Shown in pieces: positions 32,626 through 45,049 of a stretch of DNA of 64,000 nt (the stretch's first letter is position 1; each line of letters starts with the position of its first letter). Source of the stretch: an uncultured Methanosarcinaceae archaeon (lineage in GTDB: Archaea; Halobacteriota; Methanosarcinia; Methanosarcinales; Methanosarcinaceae); assembly GCA_963833425.1 (NCBI GenBank), contig CAWHXP010000013.1, forward strand, positions 96,001 through 160,000, in the 5' to 3' direction. The notes beneath the pieces were generated by a model that did no database searches, had not been told where the DNA came from, and worked only from the letters and a program-made list of their open reading frames with translations. The translations under genes and the position numbers were made by a program.

Positions 32626-32701
32626 AAGCGAGAAATTCGAAGTGCTGAAAAGATAAATTGAAGATTTTTTTTAAGCTAACTTTATTGAAAGATTAAACAA
32701 T

Positions 32702-32832
32702 GAGCTCATCTCAAAACTCAAAATTGCCGCTTTGAATCCCGAAAGTGGGAAAATCAATTGAATTTCTGATCATAAAAAAACCGTCCTTAAACTCTTATTA
32801 ACTCGAGAAAAAATTGATTTTGAGATGAAATC
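32702..32832. mobile_element. ~130-bp MITE-like element
   Basis: GAGCTCATCTCAAAA / TTTTGAGATGAAATC terminal inverted repeats, non-coding interior. Confidence 0.6.
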
Positions 32833-32883
32833 ATGGATTCATTTATCAAATGGATGAGAAGTGCAGGACTTACGATTGAGAAT

Positions 32884-33269
32884 CTCTCCCCTTTTACTAA
32901 TATCCTGAAGATAAGAAGTGATTTCAGGATAGCTTTCTGAAATGCTGAAATATTAGCTTCTACCTCTGATTTAGATAATTCTATCCCTGATTCAGTTTTT
33001 AATCGCTTTACTAATCAGAAAAGGGCATTCCATATTTTAATCCGAAATTTATTGTTTTTGCCATACCCTTCATTTTGCTCTCTTTCTTGATATTTTCTAA
33101 AAAAGGTTGAATATTTTCGACCCCTTAGCTTATGGAGGTTCATATTTTTAAAATAAGCTTTTATGAACTAAGGCTCGTTTGCCATTTCCCCTAATATCCT
33201 TAGCTCAATATGTGTGGAGTCGCAAGCTACGATCTTATTTTCCGTCTCGGCAGTAATGATAGATCTCCA
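32884..33269 (-). pseudogene. Family A DNA polymerase (PolA-like) internal fragment
   Basis: Motif A-like KIVACDSTHIELRILGEM; motif B-like MAKTINFGLKYGM; downstream SYPEITSYL. Confidence 0.8.
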
Positions 33270-33910
33270 ATTTTATTATTATCCCAAGTATCAGATAGGT
33301 TACAAATTATTTAAGGTACCTTTTATTATTCTTATAACTATCTAAATTTTATTATATTTCATTTCCATGTATACAGTGGCATATAATTTTGTTCCCAGGA
33401 ATGTGATGTCATGAACAAAACAAAAAGAAATTTATCAAATAAAAAAATATTTTTGTAGAAAAATAAGTCACTGAAAAAATAATGAATTTTATAGCCTTTC
33501 TCCGTAACAAATGCGGTAAAAATAGATATGCAATTGGCTTTAATTCTTTCACTGTAGAATATTATTGTATTAATACTTAGGCATATAATAATCTGTGAAA
33601 AGTGATCTGACAATAGCCAGGGCTAAAGCTGTTTATATTCCAATGAATACAACATCCCGTTCCTAGGCGAATGGCACCACTTCTGACATGGTGCCAAAAA
33701 CAGAGTCATTTCGCAAAGAATTGATGATCTAGTAGGCTGAAAGAAAACAAAAAATGCGAAAAGTCACGTCATTTTCTACTAAAGGAAGGGAGGGCAAAGG
33801 CACTCTATCGATGATGAAATGATTAATTATAATATTGTTTTCCCAAGATAATAATCGTATCTCTTCTAGAGATGTCGCGATAAGAAAAATAAGCGATTCG
33901 GAAAGAGTAA

Positions 33911-34750
33911 TTATTTAAAGCATTCGGCTCGCATGAAAAGATTTTGAGGGGATCTGTCAACTTCATCACAAATAATTCTGTGAGGAACAGAAAAAGGCAA
34001 GATGGAATATGCCTGATTATCAGTACATCGTAGACCCCAGGTATCATCTGTTAGCAGGAAATAGGAATCTTCAAGCCTTATACCCTTTGATTTCAGGACA
34101 GAAATAACTATTGGATCAGACAGATTTTTCCGAATCTCTTCTCCTACTTTTACCTGAGTGCCAGGCCCTCCCTTTTTTACAATATAAAGTAGCTCATTTG
34201 ATAGTGTGTTCTCCATGGTACGGATTACTAGCCTGTAGCAAATCTTTTTTTTAGTAGACAATTCCTCATCTTTTTCCAGATAAAAAACGGAACGTCCATT
34301 TCTGGCAATATCTGATAAAATATCTTCCTGCCGTGAAAAAGACTCAACTTTAAAAGTAGGAATATTCAGAAAAAAGATAGGAAATTTTTTAGAAAGGCTG
34401 TCAGCAATTACCTGATTTACTTTTTCTCTGGGTATGTATTCAAAGCTAACACGAGATCCCAAAAACTCCTTTTCGATTTTTTCCCTTTTGGCCTGAAAAA
34501 ACTTTACAGCCTCTGTGGAATCATTATAAATAATTATCTCCTTTTCATTCTTAGAAAATATGTTAGCCAGAGTGACTGCGAAATCAAGGGCTTCTAATTC
34601 GCAATTAAGATTATTTCCAAAGCGATTTTGGACCATAGTGGTGGATTGGTGGATCTGTCTGTTGTTTCGAAGCACCGTACAGCCAATATATGAGTCCTCA
34701 TTTCCATGATAAGAAGAATCACAGTACACTTCAAGCATGCTTAACTCCAT
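33911..34750 (-). CDS. RNase H-fold protein with uncharacterised C-terminal domain
   Basis: VYCDSS, NCELEAL, IYNDS, YIPREKVNQVIADSLS give the RNase HI D-E-D-D pattern. Confidence 0.75.
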   Translation of the reverse strand: MELSMLEVYCDSSYHGNEDSYIGCTVLRNNRQIHQSTTMVQNRFGNNLNCELEALDFAVTLANIFSKNEKEIIIYNDSTEAVKFFQAKREKIEKEFLGSRVSFEYIPREKVNQVIADSLSKKFPIFFLNIPTFKVESFSRQEDILSDIARNGRSVFYLEKDEELSTKKKICYRLVIRTMENTLSNELLYIVKKGGPGTQVKVGEEIRKNLSDPIVISVLKSKGIRLEDSYFLLTDDTWGLRCTDNQAYSILPFSVPHRIICDEVDRSPQNLFMRAECFK

Positions 34751-35057
34751 CTGACTAATACAAGAGCTTTATAATACTCAAACTCATAAGTATAAACAAA
34801 GCATATGAACTATGATATAATAAGGCTGTGAATCAATGATCAATGCTACTAATAAACTATCATCTAGAAATATGTTGCGTATTATTAAATAAAAGAAGTT
34901 CTCAGTTTTTGGTCGCCTTCTATTATTTGGTTTATTTTATTTCCAAAATGTACTTGTGCCGTGTTCCGAGCCTTTTGTTCTCACTTCATTGAAGCTATTT
35001 AGATAGGACTATATCAGTGAATGAAAACGCAAACTTTTGTTACATTGGAGACTTAGG

Positions 35058-35590
35058 AGAATTTCTATAAAATACCTGTTTACTTGTTTATTGGTAGATT
35101 AAAATCCGAAACAATAATTTTTACTCATGAAGACTTTTTCTTGATCCATTATTGGAGAAAAAAAGATGAGTATCAAGTTTTTGGGGACAAACTTCTGAAA
35201 TTGATACCTTAATTTATTAGAAACCTTTTGTATCATTTTTAAGCCGTATATTTAAACAAAACCGTTTTATGAGGATGACTGTAGCTGATATAATTGTTAT
35301 TTTTAGAATGTGTTTTTAAAGCAGTCGCGTAGTCTTTCAAATTTTGAACATGAAAACTAATTTTTGATCGACTTTTCTCAAGTAATTTATTGGTTTTTCT
35401 GGATACCAAACAATGCCACAATCTGGTCATTCGGCAAGAGAATCATTGATAACTGTGAAGAAAAATAAATATAAATACAGTTTTAAAATCAACTTTACTG
35501 CCGTGGTTTTAAAATAAAACAGAGAATGATTCATAACGCAACTTTTATCCATTCAGATCCCGGAACTTCATAAGTATATAAGTTCAAAAA
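35058..35590 (+). mobile_element. Decayed IS5-family element (5' part)
   Basis: TIR-like GAGAATTTCTATAAA; fragments GDKL/EIDTLI, NATIWSFGKRIIDN, ATFIHSDPG. Confidence 0.7.
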
Positions 35591-35659
35591 AGCTTTTATC
35601 TGCACTTTTGTTTCTTGTTCCGATTTTGGATGGTTTGTAATCTTTGGGTATATTATAAT

Positions 35660-36081
35660 ACTTATTAATGAATTTGTTGATGGCAGGTGTGAAAAGCTTA
35701 TTGATCTTGATTTTATAGAAGACTTGAAACATGGAATCCTTATTCTTCTGAAGGCTCTTCCTTTACTATATCGTATATACAATTCTAATTTTTGCCGCAA
35801 ATTATGTAAGCGAAACTCTTGGATATATCATCGTCTTCCTGCTTGGATTCTTTGTGATCCTGATATTCATGGCTGACTTCTTCAGGAAACAGACCATTGT
35901 GTCTTTCTTTGAATTTTGCATACTGAACATCGTTAAAAATGATCTCGGGGATTATATCGTAACAGTACCGAAACAAGATGCACTTGGAATTGTCTTTGAA
36001 ATTCTCTCAATTGTTCTTATAGGCATTTTAGCAATGATTTTGACGAGCTCGAAATTTATTGCGAACTTCTATGGAAGATAG
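35660..36081 (+). pseudogene. Membrane protein 3' fragment (DUF4013-like)
   Basis: Hydrophobic helices across a frameshift, no intact start; family assignment from recall only. Confidence 0.45.
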
Positions 36082-36339
36082 ATTAAACAAAAGAAAATTT
36101 TGACTTAAAAATATAATCTACAAATCTATCGGTATTCTAAATAGGAAAATTCATTTCGAGCTAGATTCTCATGGTTAAGTAATAATTCTTTAATTTTACC
36201 ACATAGCAGTTTTTTTACTTTTTATTATTACAGTGATTTAAATAAAAAATATGTATTGATCTCAAATTCAGATAAAATGCCGTATAATTTCGGATCAAAG
36301 TGAAAACATGAGGAGTTTTTATCACAAAATCTATGTAAA

Positions 36340-37119
36340 TATCCATATTATATAGTCGCTATTTTATCAAATGATATAAGGGGATTTATAACGTGCACAC
36401 TTTTCTTACTGGTATCAAACTTGGAACTGAAGCACAAAAACAAGATCAAAAAAGTTCTTGCTGTTTTTTTAATCGACAAACCAGTGTTCTCACAAACAAA
36501 TAATGTTTTAACTAATATCTGTGCTTCTTTTTTGTTGATTTTCCATCCCAATATTACCTTTTACTTGTGTCTACTGATATTGGAGTTCTCAGGAGGCTTC
36601 TTTGAAGCTTCCCTGTTCTTCCGGAATGATAATAACTTGCATATGAACTCTTAAATCCTGTTGCATCAATCGCTGCAACATAGACATCTCTCCATACGAG
36701 TAAAACAGCTTTAGACTCCTTTACAGGAGAAAGTTAAACAGATAAGAGGGAAGCCGGATTACAAACTTTTGAAGGGTAGTGAAATGTGAAATCTTATCAA
36801 GACCAAGTTTTTCTTTTATATCGCTTATAAGGTCAATAAGTTCTCAAAATCTCGATAGTCTGTAATAATTATGCTCTTTCAATAAAACCAGTATAGAAGC
36901 TGATGCTGTGTATAAACGTGTTTTGAATGCTTGCAGGAATTAAGCTTCATTCTCGAAGACTGAACTGCTTCGAGGCTGGTATCAACAAATTTAATGTACT
37001 TATTAAACTTCAATATTGAATATTCCTTCGTTTTTAGCGAAAAAATAAGAAGAATATTATGACGAAACAGCAATAATACTATCGTGTAAAAGTTCAATTT
37101 AGAGCATTTCTACAGAGCC
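36340..37119 (-). mobile_element. Decayed DDE transposase element of a second type (IS5/IS4-like)
   Basis: AAIDATGFKSSYASYYH...ISVDT fragments; terminus GGCTCTGTAGAAATGCTC at 37119. Confidence 0.7.
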
Positions 37120-37571
37120 TTAATATGTTCTATTTTAGTACGATATATATATGTATAGTTATATGTAATATATCAGATATTATATACTATAGATAATTTT
37201 GATCAACCTAAATTTTTGGGTAATTGTCTATAAAAACAAATGTAAACAATGTTGAATTCGAAATCCATCAAAACTCTCTCGAATTAATCAGATACTCACA
37301 AATCATTCAATTATATCTTACTATCTATTTGTTTGCTTTAAGCTGCAAAGTATAATTATTCAAATGTTTATTTTAAACTAATCCCACGAACAAAAACAGT
37401 CTCTGAACTAAACTTACTTCTCCATGAAATGTTTTAAAATCCAAAAAGAAAATTATATTAATACTATTATGATTTAAAAGTATTTTATGTGAAAGTAATT
37501 TTTATTTCAAAACTATTATTGATATCATTTGTTTAAAATAATAGCTAGAATAAATGGATATATGGCTAAAA

Positions 37572-37671
37572 GAGGATTCCAATAAACAACCAAATTTTGT
37601 CAGATTCTTATAAATAAGCCATATAGTGCTATATCTAGGACTCGTAAAATCGGAGGTTTATCGAAATCCTC
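37572..37671. mobile_element. IS5-derived MITE (~100 bp)
   Basis: GAGGATTCCAATAAAC ... GGTTTATCGAAATCCTC. Confidence 0.75.
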
Positions 37672-37927
37672 TAAAGTGAACGGATAAAGAACAGATTGAG
37701 GAATAACCAAATATAATCTCAAAAAAAATTTCAAACAGAATTGAGTGGCTATCTAATAAAATGAGGCTCTATGAATCTATTTTACCATTTGCAGAAATCA
37801 CAGTAATTAAAGACAGAAAAGGAAAAGGGAGTTTCGAAAAAGAGGATATATGTAGGCAAATATAGAGTTGCTCAAAACGAATGAATATTAAGAGAGATGT
37901 TCAATCAAATGTTTCTTAAAATATTAA

Positions 37928-38524
37928 TTGATCAATGAGAAAACACTGATTTGTATGGATTTCACAAAAATACATATTCTATTGAATCTAAATGGAATGA
38001 TTTTTAACAGACTGCTCCGGGATGTTGCTGGTCCTTTCCTTTTAAGACAGTGGAAAAAGATGGATAAAGAAAACATTTTAACTATAGAGGATTACATGCT
38101 TCCTGAAATTTTTAGAATTCAGGCAGAAGCATTCAATCGTGAAAACAGGGAAAGACTCATAAACTATTCAAAGAGCTTCAGAGATATCTTCTATGTTATT
38201 AAGAATAAAGATAAGGTTATAGGCTACTGCTTTTATTATTTGAAACCGGCACTTTCATTTCAGGGTTTTGAGAAGCAATCGGTTCTTTTCGCGCTCGCAG
38301 TTGACATTAATTTTAGAGGGGAGGGTTTTGCTGAGAAATTATTGAAAGAAAGTATTGAGGAAATGAAACTAAATAGAATATCATTTATTACGTTATATGT
38401 ACAGATACACAATCATAGCGCTATACAATTATACAAAAAAATTGGTTTTAGGATAATTAATGAGACTAAAAATATATGTGGCTATGGGGAAATTTGTTAT
38501 AAAATGGAATTGAAACTCATTTAA
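37928..38524 (+). CDS. GNAT (RimI-like) N-acetyltransferase; true start probably downstream
   Basis: LAVDINFRGEGFAEKLL (acetyl-CoA motif A), NHSAIQLYKKIGF (motif B). Confidence 0.88.
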   Translation: MINEKTLICMDFTKIHILLNLNGMIFNRLLRDVAGPFLLRQWKKMDKENILTIEDYMLPEIFRIQAEAFNRENRERLINYSKSFRDIFYVIKNKDKVIGYCFYYLKPALSFQGFEKQSVLFALAVDINFRGEGFAEKLLKESIEEMKLNRISFITLYVQIHNHSAIQLYKKIGFRIINETKNICGYGEICYKMELKLI

Positions 38525-38714
38525 TCCTTTTTTTTCTGATATTATATATAAATTTTCTCTAAATGAAATTGGCTATTAATCCATTTTTTTGGTTCTTAAT
38601 TCAGTATTTTACTAAAGAGTACAATAGGTGATTCTAAATACAAAATTATTTATTTTATCCTTATTAAACGTTGATTGACAACATAGTATATCTTTCTCAT
38701 TAAATTACACTGAA

Positions 38715-39560
38715 GAGGAATTCGATAAACACCTGTACATTTAAATATTGGAGAGTTTAAATCCCGTAACATTAATTTTTACTAATGAAAACTCTTATGA
38801 TTTGTTATTAATGAATAATACAAACATTTTCAGTCAGTTGATGGCAGACCAGATGAAATTAATTCTTTAGTTGATTGGAAATCTTTTCGTATCATTTCCG
38901 AGTCTATATAGTTTAACAAAACAATTTTCTGAGGCAGATCTATAGCTAACCTGATCATTATGCTTAAAATTTTTGTTTAAAATCATGCAATAATCCTTTG
39001 ATTTTGAACTTAAGAAATAATTTATTGGTCAAATTCTTTCAGAAAATTTTTTGGCTTTCCTGAGCACCTAAAAGACAGTACTGCAATTTTGTTATTCTTT
39101 GTCCATCACCTGGATATGCAAAAGCTGATAAACGTCGAGAAAATGAAGCAAAAACAAGGAGAAACAGAGATTGAACCTGGGGGAAAGGATGGGAAACACA
39201 TTTTGGATATAAATCCCATATAATAATGATAATAATAATTGGATCACGAGCTGTTCAGAAAATTCAAAACAACAACTGCGCCAGTACATGATTCGCATGT
39301 AGATTTGACAGAGGAAAATGACGTTGGTTACAGAGACAGAGTGTACTTTGTGGCTAAGTCAGTGGTGTAACGGTGAAAAGAGCAGTAAATGGATATTCTC
39401 TTGGATGTGTGATGTATTAAAAAACTAGAATATCATCTCAAAAAAGCTCAATGGAAACGAGTTTATGCCGAAACTAAAAGGGTATTCAAAGGAGAAAGTT
39501 ATTGTTACTACTGATCAAAGAGTAAATTTAAAGATTTTGTGTACAACTTTTTGTTATTAT
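38715..39560 (+). mobile_element. Decayed IS5-family element
   Basis: TIR GAGGAATTCGATAAAC; fragment HELFRKFKTTTAPVHDSHVDLTEENDVGYRDRVYF; right end approximate. Confidence 0.75.
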
Positions 39561-40074
39561 CTCTATCATTTGATGACATTGAAATAAAAGTAGCATTTTA
39601 AGGATAGCGGAAGCTATCTTTAAAATCAAAGAATAGTATCCCAGCAAAAAATTGGGTCAGATATAGAAAACAGCGAGAAAGATTTGGACAGCATTACTGC
39701 GAATAAACAAATCGGAGGTAGTCGAAATCCTCTTATACATCCAAAACAATGAACAAATTTGTTAGGCATCTGCAGGAAATTATATTTATTTAAGAGCCCA
39801 TTGATTTGAAGCTTTGACAAGTTGTAATTTCATTGATGTTCATTTGTTTAAAAAGAGATAATTTTTTTTGAGTTTTATCAGTAACTATATATATTAAATA
39901 ATGTATTTTTTATTATAATCCACTAAAAACTATCGACCAAGCAATTCGAAAAAATAGAACATATACAGTTTAGCTATTGTTTTTTAATTGCATCTGTCAA
40001 CTAGGTGGATCGAAGCAAGAAATACTGATTTGGAAAATATTTGATTTATATAGTTATCCAAAGGAGAATTTTAG

Positions 40075-40419
40075 ATGAAAAAATACATTTTACCAATGGT
40101 TTTATTAGTTTTATTTGTAATACCAGCAGCTTTAGCGACAGGCAATGTAAAAGTTAATGATTTTTCTGCTAGTAATACAAGTGGGAATGTACCTTTACAC
40201 GTATATTTTAATGGTAGCGCTACCGGGGACGTCACTAACTGGCAATGGCAGTTTAAGAATGAAGAAACAGGAGCTATTACCCATAGCACTGCAAATGTGA
40301 CAACCGTCCACACTTTTGGCAAGCCTGGGGTTTATGGTGTCAACTTGACAGTATGGGGACCCGCGGGTAAAGATTCACTTTCAAAGCCACGTTATATAAC
40401 TGTTAGTAATAGCAATTAA
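40075..40419 (+). CDS. Secreted single PKD-domain protein
   Basis: GGAG RBS, signal peptide, FSASNTSGNVPLHVYF...WQWQF...HTFGKPGVYGVNLTV. Confidence 0.88.
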   Translation: MKKYILPMVLLVLFVIPAALATGNVKVNDFSASNTSGNVPLHVYFNGSATGDVTNWQWQFKNEETGAITHSTANVTTVHTFGKPGVYGVNLTVWGPAGKDSLSKPRYITVSNSN

Positions 40420-41121
40420 AGTTCCTACTTACGTCTTTTTCTCTTTTCTTTCTTTATTGATGCAATTAGTGACTGCTGATAAAATTGTATTAATGCATGA
40501 TGAAACTATTAACGCAAATATATAAATATCAATTACTTTTTTATTTTCTCTCTTTTTAGTATGAAAATTTATTCATTTTCTTAGTTTCAGCCTAAATCTG
40601 AGACAATTTTGTACATGAATTTGGAGGGGAAATTAGATTTTGTTGGAATTATTGAATAATGAAAAGATAAAATGTTGCTTCCACATCAAATAAGGATTCT
40701 ATTGAGAAATTCTGTTAACGATCTCTGGTCATATTTGTCGCCATTTTTATCTGTTATATTTCGATTTTATCGCGATTCAGTTCTAAAATTCACTGATTTT
40801 TAATTTACTTTCATCACTAAATGTTGGAGTTGAAGCCAGATCAACCCCATTAAATTACAAGTTTCTTTAAATGAGCTTTGAGTCCCTTAAACTCAATAGA
40901 CGAGCACCTTCAACAATTCTTCTGATATGTCTGAGAATAAATCGAGTTCCGTAAAAACATGTTTTTGAATATTGACTTACCTTTTCGGGGATTATTGGTA
41001 AAGAAGAAATTTTAAATTTTTTATATTTATCATAAAGTTCTTTTGTGTCTTGTTTTATATTCTAACGCAATTGTATTATTTCTGTTCCTAAAGACATGAT
41101 CTTTTTTTATCATGAAAATTT

Positions 41122-41376
41122 AGTTCTGTATCAACTAACTAGGATGAAGTTATCATATTTACTGATGCAGAAGTTTTCATATAAAAACGGTGCATTTAAA
41201 GATTGCATATTAAATATGACTGACTTACCAAAAAAACATCTATTCAAGATATTATGAATATAATAGGACAGTAAACAAAAAATAAAAGTGTATTGGATAA
41301 AATGTAGAGAAAATTATGAATCCTGCCTTAGTTGAATAGTCATGGAAATTATTATTTCAGATATTTCTACAGAACC
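41122..41376. mobile_element. MITE-like remnant with TCTGTA-type termini
   Basis: AGTTCTGTA ... ATTTCTACAGAACC, similar to the terminus at 37119. Confidence 0.4.
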
Positions 41377-41400
41377 TAAATTCTGAAATTGTTTCTTTAT

Positions 41401-41628
41401 TTAGCATTTACCTTCTTTGATCATCTCCTGAACTTTTCGAACATCAGCTATAGCCTCTCTTTTAATTTCGATCATTTTTTCCATACCAGATATTTTCATT
41501 TCTAAAATTTTGATTGTTTTTTCCATTCTCATTAATGTAACTTTCTTTTTCTGTTCTTCAGTAAGAATTTCCCAGGTCTGAGTCATCAAAGTCTGTATTA
41601 TTGGGCCTTTTCCTGCTAAATCGTGCAT
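41401..41628 (-). CDS. Small coiled-coil hypothetical protein
   Basis: GGAG RBS upstream; heptad-like K/E/M-rich 75 aa. Confidence 0.7.
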   Translation of the reverse strand: MHDLAGKGPIIQTLMTQTWEILTEEQKKKVTLMRMEKTIKILEMKISGMEKMIEIKREAIADVRKVQEMIKEGKC

Positions 41629-41779
41629 GTGATATGTCTCCTTTAAGTTATTATATTTTTTTAAATTTATAATTTAAGACTGAATCAAATATGTTTTAAT
41701 ATTTCACCAGCTTTAGATATATATATACATATATGTATGTATATATATCATGCTTTTGACATTACTTTTTTAACAATTT

Positions 41780-42508
41780 TTAGGCCATCAATATTCTATT
41801 AAGAGCTGCTTTAATATTACCTTTGTATATACCACCATGGTAACAAATTATTTCCTCGATATCATAGTCAATAAGTTTTCTTATAGATTGTTTTGCTTGC
41901 TCAAAATCTAGAGTATACATTGACAGCGAGATCACAAGTTCATCATCTTGAATAAACAAAGCATCTCCCGCAATCAAGGTTTTGAACTAATATAAATACA
42001 AGCAGATATGACCATCTGTACGCCCTGGAGTTGAAACAATTTCAACATCACCACACCATGAAAATATATCATGATCATGAAGAATTCCATCGATATCAAC
42101 AGGTTCGTAGCTACTATATGATTGTTGTAGAACCCTTATTATTTCTTTTTGGCTTTCAGGGAGACTATCATATGTTTCACGTTGTTTTTGTAATTTTACA
42201 AATTCTTTTTCGCCATTAATATATGGTCTTTCTTTAATATCAGCAAGAACCTGTATACCATGATATTTACGCTTCAATTCTGCTAAAGAACCGACGTGGT
42301 CTAAATCTTGGTGTGTGAGAACTACTTTTGTTAGATTGTCTATATTCACACCTTGTGTCAGAGCATTTTCTTTGATTTTAGACACAGAACCTGGTGTACC
42401 ACAGTCTACCAAGACCATTTAGGTATCACTTTTTAAAATGACAGGATGGTATACTTTTATATTATCATTGTGAATCTGCTCGATCGTCAAAACTATCAGC
42501 TTATTCAT
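41780..42508 (-). pseudogene. MBL-fold metallo-hydrolase with in-frame TAA (42419-42421) and TAG (41987-41989)
   Basis: LVDCG, THQDLDHVG, TPGRTDGH, IAGDA, CYHGG all in one frame. Confidence 0.88.
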
Positions 42509-42579
42509 TCTTACAACACCTATTTCAGTGATTGAATTGTATATTCTTCAATATTTATAGTTTGTTGGCAGTGCACAAA

Positions 42580-42739
42580 AGTTCTGTAAATTCCAAAGGA
42601 TCTTGTATCTATTTTTCTCCAAAACAAAAACAGTATTGTATTGTGTTAATTATACACAGATTTTATATCAAAAACTGTGCATCACTAAAAACAAGAAATT
42701 ATGTTATTTGTGGTAAATTTAAAGGGATTCTACAGAGCT
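42580..42739. mobile_element. 160-bp MITE-like element
   Basis: AGTTCTGTAAATTCC / GGATTCTACAGAGCT inverted termini. Confidence 0.5.
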
Positions 42740-42798
42740 GAAATATATTATTTTAATGAAAAAAAGCCAAGATGAAAAAATTATACAGGATATCTCGG

Positions 42799-43356
42799 TT
42801 ATTCGATCAGTACAAGGCAAAAGATGTTCATCATATCGGATACATCCGTCAATACTTCGATAGGATAGCCGTTATTCTTCACCGTGCTGTAAACGTCTAT
42901 ACCGCAACTTTCCATCGATGGTCTGGCAATCTTTGGATTCCTGCAATCCTTCAGTGTGCATTCAGGGCAAAGCTGACAGTGACCACCGCTTAGTGCAAAA
43001 GCCTTATAGTACCCAGCAAGGAAGATATCTCTCTCAAGCGTGTTGATGACCTTTGTGCTGTCCCTTGTGATGATCTTTATCCTATTTAGCAGGTCTTCCG
43101 TCGCTTTGTCGATATTTGGAGAAAAATGTACTAAAAGCGCGTATTCATAGCAATCTACCAGTTCCCTAGTCTCTTGATGTGTAGGTGAATTAGGCGGACA
43201 GCAAAGACTTTTGTTATACTCCGGACATCCATACCTGCACTTCCATCTGGTCCACGCCGCTGTGACTATACTATCTGTCTTAATAATCTTAGCATCGTGG
43301 GCGCCCAGCTTGACAGCCATCTCAACGAATTTTTGGTATTTTTCCAGATTACTCAC
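42799..43356 (-). CDS. DUF2284 Cys-rich metal-binding protein
   Basis: KCRYGC..Y..SLCCPP, CQLCPEC, CRNP..ARPSMESCGIDV. Confidence 0.85.
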   Translation of the reverse strand: MSNLEKYQKFVEMAVKLGAHDAKIIKTDSIVTAAWTRWKCRYGCPEYNKSLCCPPNSPTHQETRELVDCYEYALLVHFSPNIDKATEDLLNRIKIITRDSTKVINTLERDIFLAGYYKAFALSGGHCQLCPECTLKDCRNPKIARPSMESCGIDVYSTVKNNGYPIEVLTDVSDMMNIFCLVLIE

Positions 43357-43458
43357 TCCTGAAAATCAGTTCTTTTTGTAAGAGTTATAATTCTTAATTT
43401 TTTAAAAAATTTATTATCAAATATTGAAATGGGAGTAATATCACTGAGCTAAAGACTC

Positions 43459-43740
43459 AAAAAAGAAATATAGCAATAGAGATTACCTTAAGGAATATCA
43501 TTATTGCCCTGGAAAATTAGGTGACCAACCCTTTTAAATTATACATGGAGAATACATCTATCAACATGAAATTAACAATAATAATAAATTGTTTGTGTAG
43601 TTAGTGAGATAATCAATCCGATGCGTTTAAGCTTCTTTTTCCTTAACTGTTTAACTCATTTTGTTAACAAACTGAGAATCCCTATTTTTTCATTGGGAAG
43701 AAAAAGATATAGAATCAACCACACTTTACAGAACTTTTGG
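43459..43740 (-). ncRNA. Candidate multicopy ncRNA, copy A
   Basis: TATA-like TTATATAA at ~43753-43763, conserved non-coding body, 3' hairpin plus T-tract; homologous to 45050 and 59186. Confidence 0.45.
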
Positions 43741-44137
43741 TACAATGCCAAATTTATATAATTATTATTTCTTATTTTTCGATTCAAGATGATCTTTTAA
43801 GCTAATTAGTTCCAGATGTTATATGTGTCCCACAAGCTCCAGGAGTCATAAAGCAGTAACCTTTTCTTATTTCGAACGGAACTAGAAAATTTCGAGATTT
43901 TAAGATAAACATTGTGCATAAGATTATGCTATTTAAAAAATATTGCTTTTAATTGTAGATCGATAAGAATTTCAATAAACCGATTTTTTTAATGAATAAT
44001 TTATATATTATTCATAGCATATAACAAACTTATGGGTTTATAGTAATCTGCTATATAATCTATTAAATAACTCATGGGCATAACTAAGAATCTATAGATT
44101 TTAAAATATGGAAAATTGAATAAATGGAGTGATCTAA

Positions 44138-44668
44138 TTGAATAAACAACATTTACCTTATTTCGCTACAATTCTTATCGTACCGCTAATGTTCTCACAG
44201 ATTGTGATAGCAGCAGAAAGTAACAATCAAGATAATTCTCTTGAATACCAGAATGTAACTGCCAATGAAGCTTATAAAATGGTTACAAGCACCGCTGTGG
44301 TTTCAAGCGATGAAGTATTTATTCTGGATGTTCGTACTCCTGCAGAATATAATTATACACATATTGAAGGAGCAAATTTGATACCATTGAGAAACGTGCC
44401 TTTACATGATCCTGTTAATTTATCCGATGAAGGACTGTTGGCGTGGCATATCAAAAATAATAAAGATTTGCCAAAAAACAAAGATGCAAAAATAATTGTT
44501 TACTGCTTTAGTGGAAAAAGAAGTTCTGTTGCAAGTCAAATGTTGGTACAGTCAGGTTACAAAAGAGTCTATAATATGCAAAGCGGTATCAAAGAATGGG
44601 TAAATGCAAGGTATCCAATTGTAATTGACCCTATATTTTGGACAGTTAATTATCCGAAGGTAGTGTAA
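44138..44668 (+). CDS. Secreted rhodanese-like domain protein
   Basis: Signal peptide; ILDVRTPAEY...HIEGA; active-site loop VYCFSGKRS; GIKEW. Confidence 0.9.
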   Translation: MNKQHLPYFATILIVPLMFSQIVIAAESNNQDNSLEYQNVTANEAYKMVTSTAVVSSDEVFILDVRTPAEYNYTHIEGANLIPLRNVPLHDPVNLSDEGLLAWHIKNNKDLPKNKDAKIIVYCFSGKRSSVASQMLVQSGYKRVYNMQSGIKEWVNARYPIVIDPIFWTVNYPKVV

Positions 44669-44799
44669 AAAAAAGTATTGATAGTTGCTTAAGCTATGAT
44701 TTCCAGGATAGATTATTGCAGCCCATTTAATTAATTTGTTGAGCTGATCCCAAAACAAATTGGGCATTGTACTCAAAGTCCTGTAATTCTTATTGACTC

Positions 44800-44869
44800 T
44801 AGGATCTTTTGACTTTTATTTATTACTTATAGATTTACATGCTTATTCTGGAGTTTTTGCAACGGAACC
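44800..44869 (+). mobile_element. Solo IS6 right end
   Basis: Matches 19684-19748, ending TTTTTGCAACGGAACC. Confidence 0.8.
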
Positions 44870-45049
44870 ACTCCTTTTTTGTAGTGAAAGAAGGGTAGAT
44901 GAAATAAACAAAAATTTAATTTGTCGTATATGTGCAGGAACCCCAACCACAAACTTCCTGCGCATATATCTATAACGGTTTATTCCACTATCAAATACGA
45001 CCAAATATATTATATAATTGATAGAATAAATTATTCTGAATAATAGTTC

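Noticed and set aside
33672..33820. C/D box sRNA (TTGATGA...CTGA) and an 8-bp hairpin
   Set aside because: Only 9 nt between the boxes and no complete C-D'-C'-D layout
41716..41749. Near-palindromic alternating AT tract
   Set aside because: Simple microsatellite-like sequence in AT-rich DNA with no other support
41987..41989. Pyrrolysine codon in the MBL hydrolase
   Set aside because: The same gene has an upstream in-frame TAA and TPGR in place of the usual TPGH, so it is a pseudogene regardless
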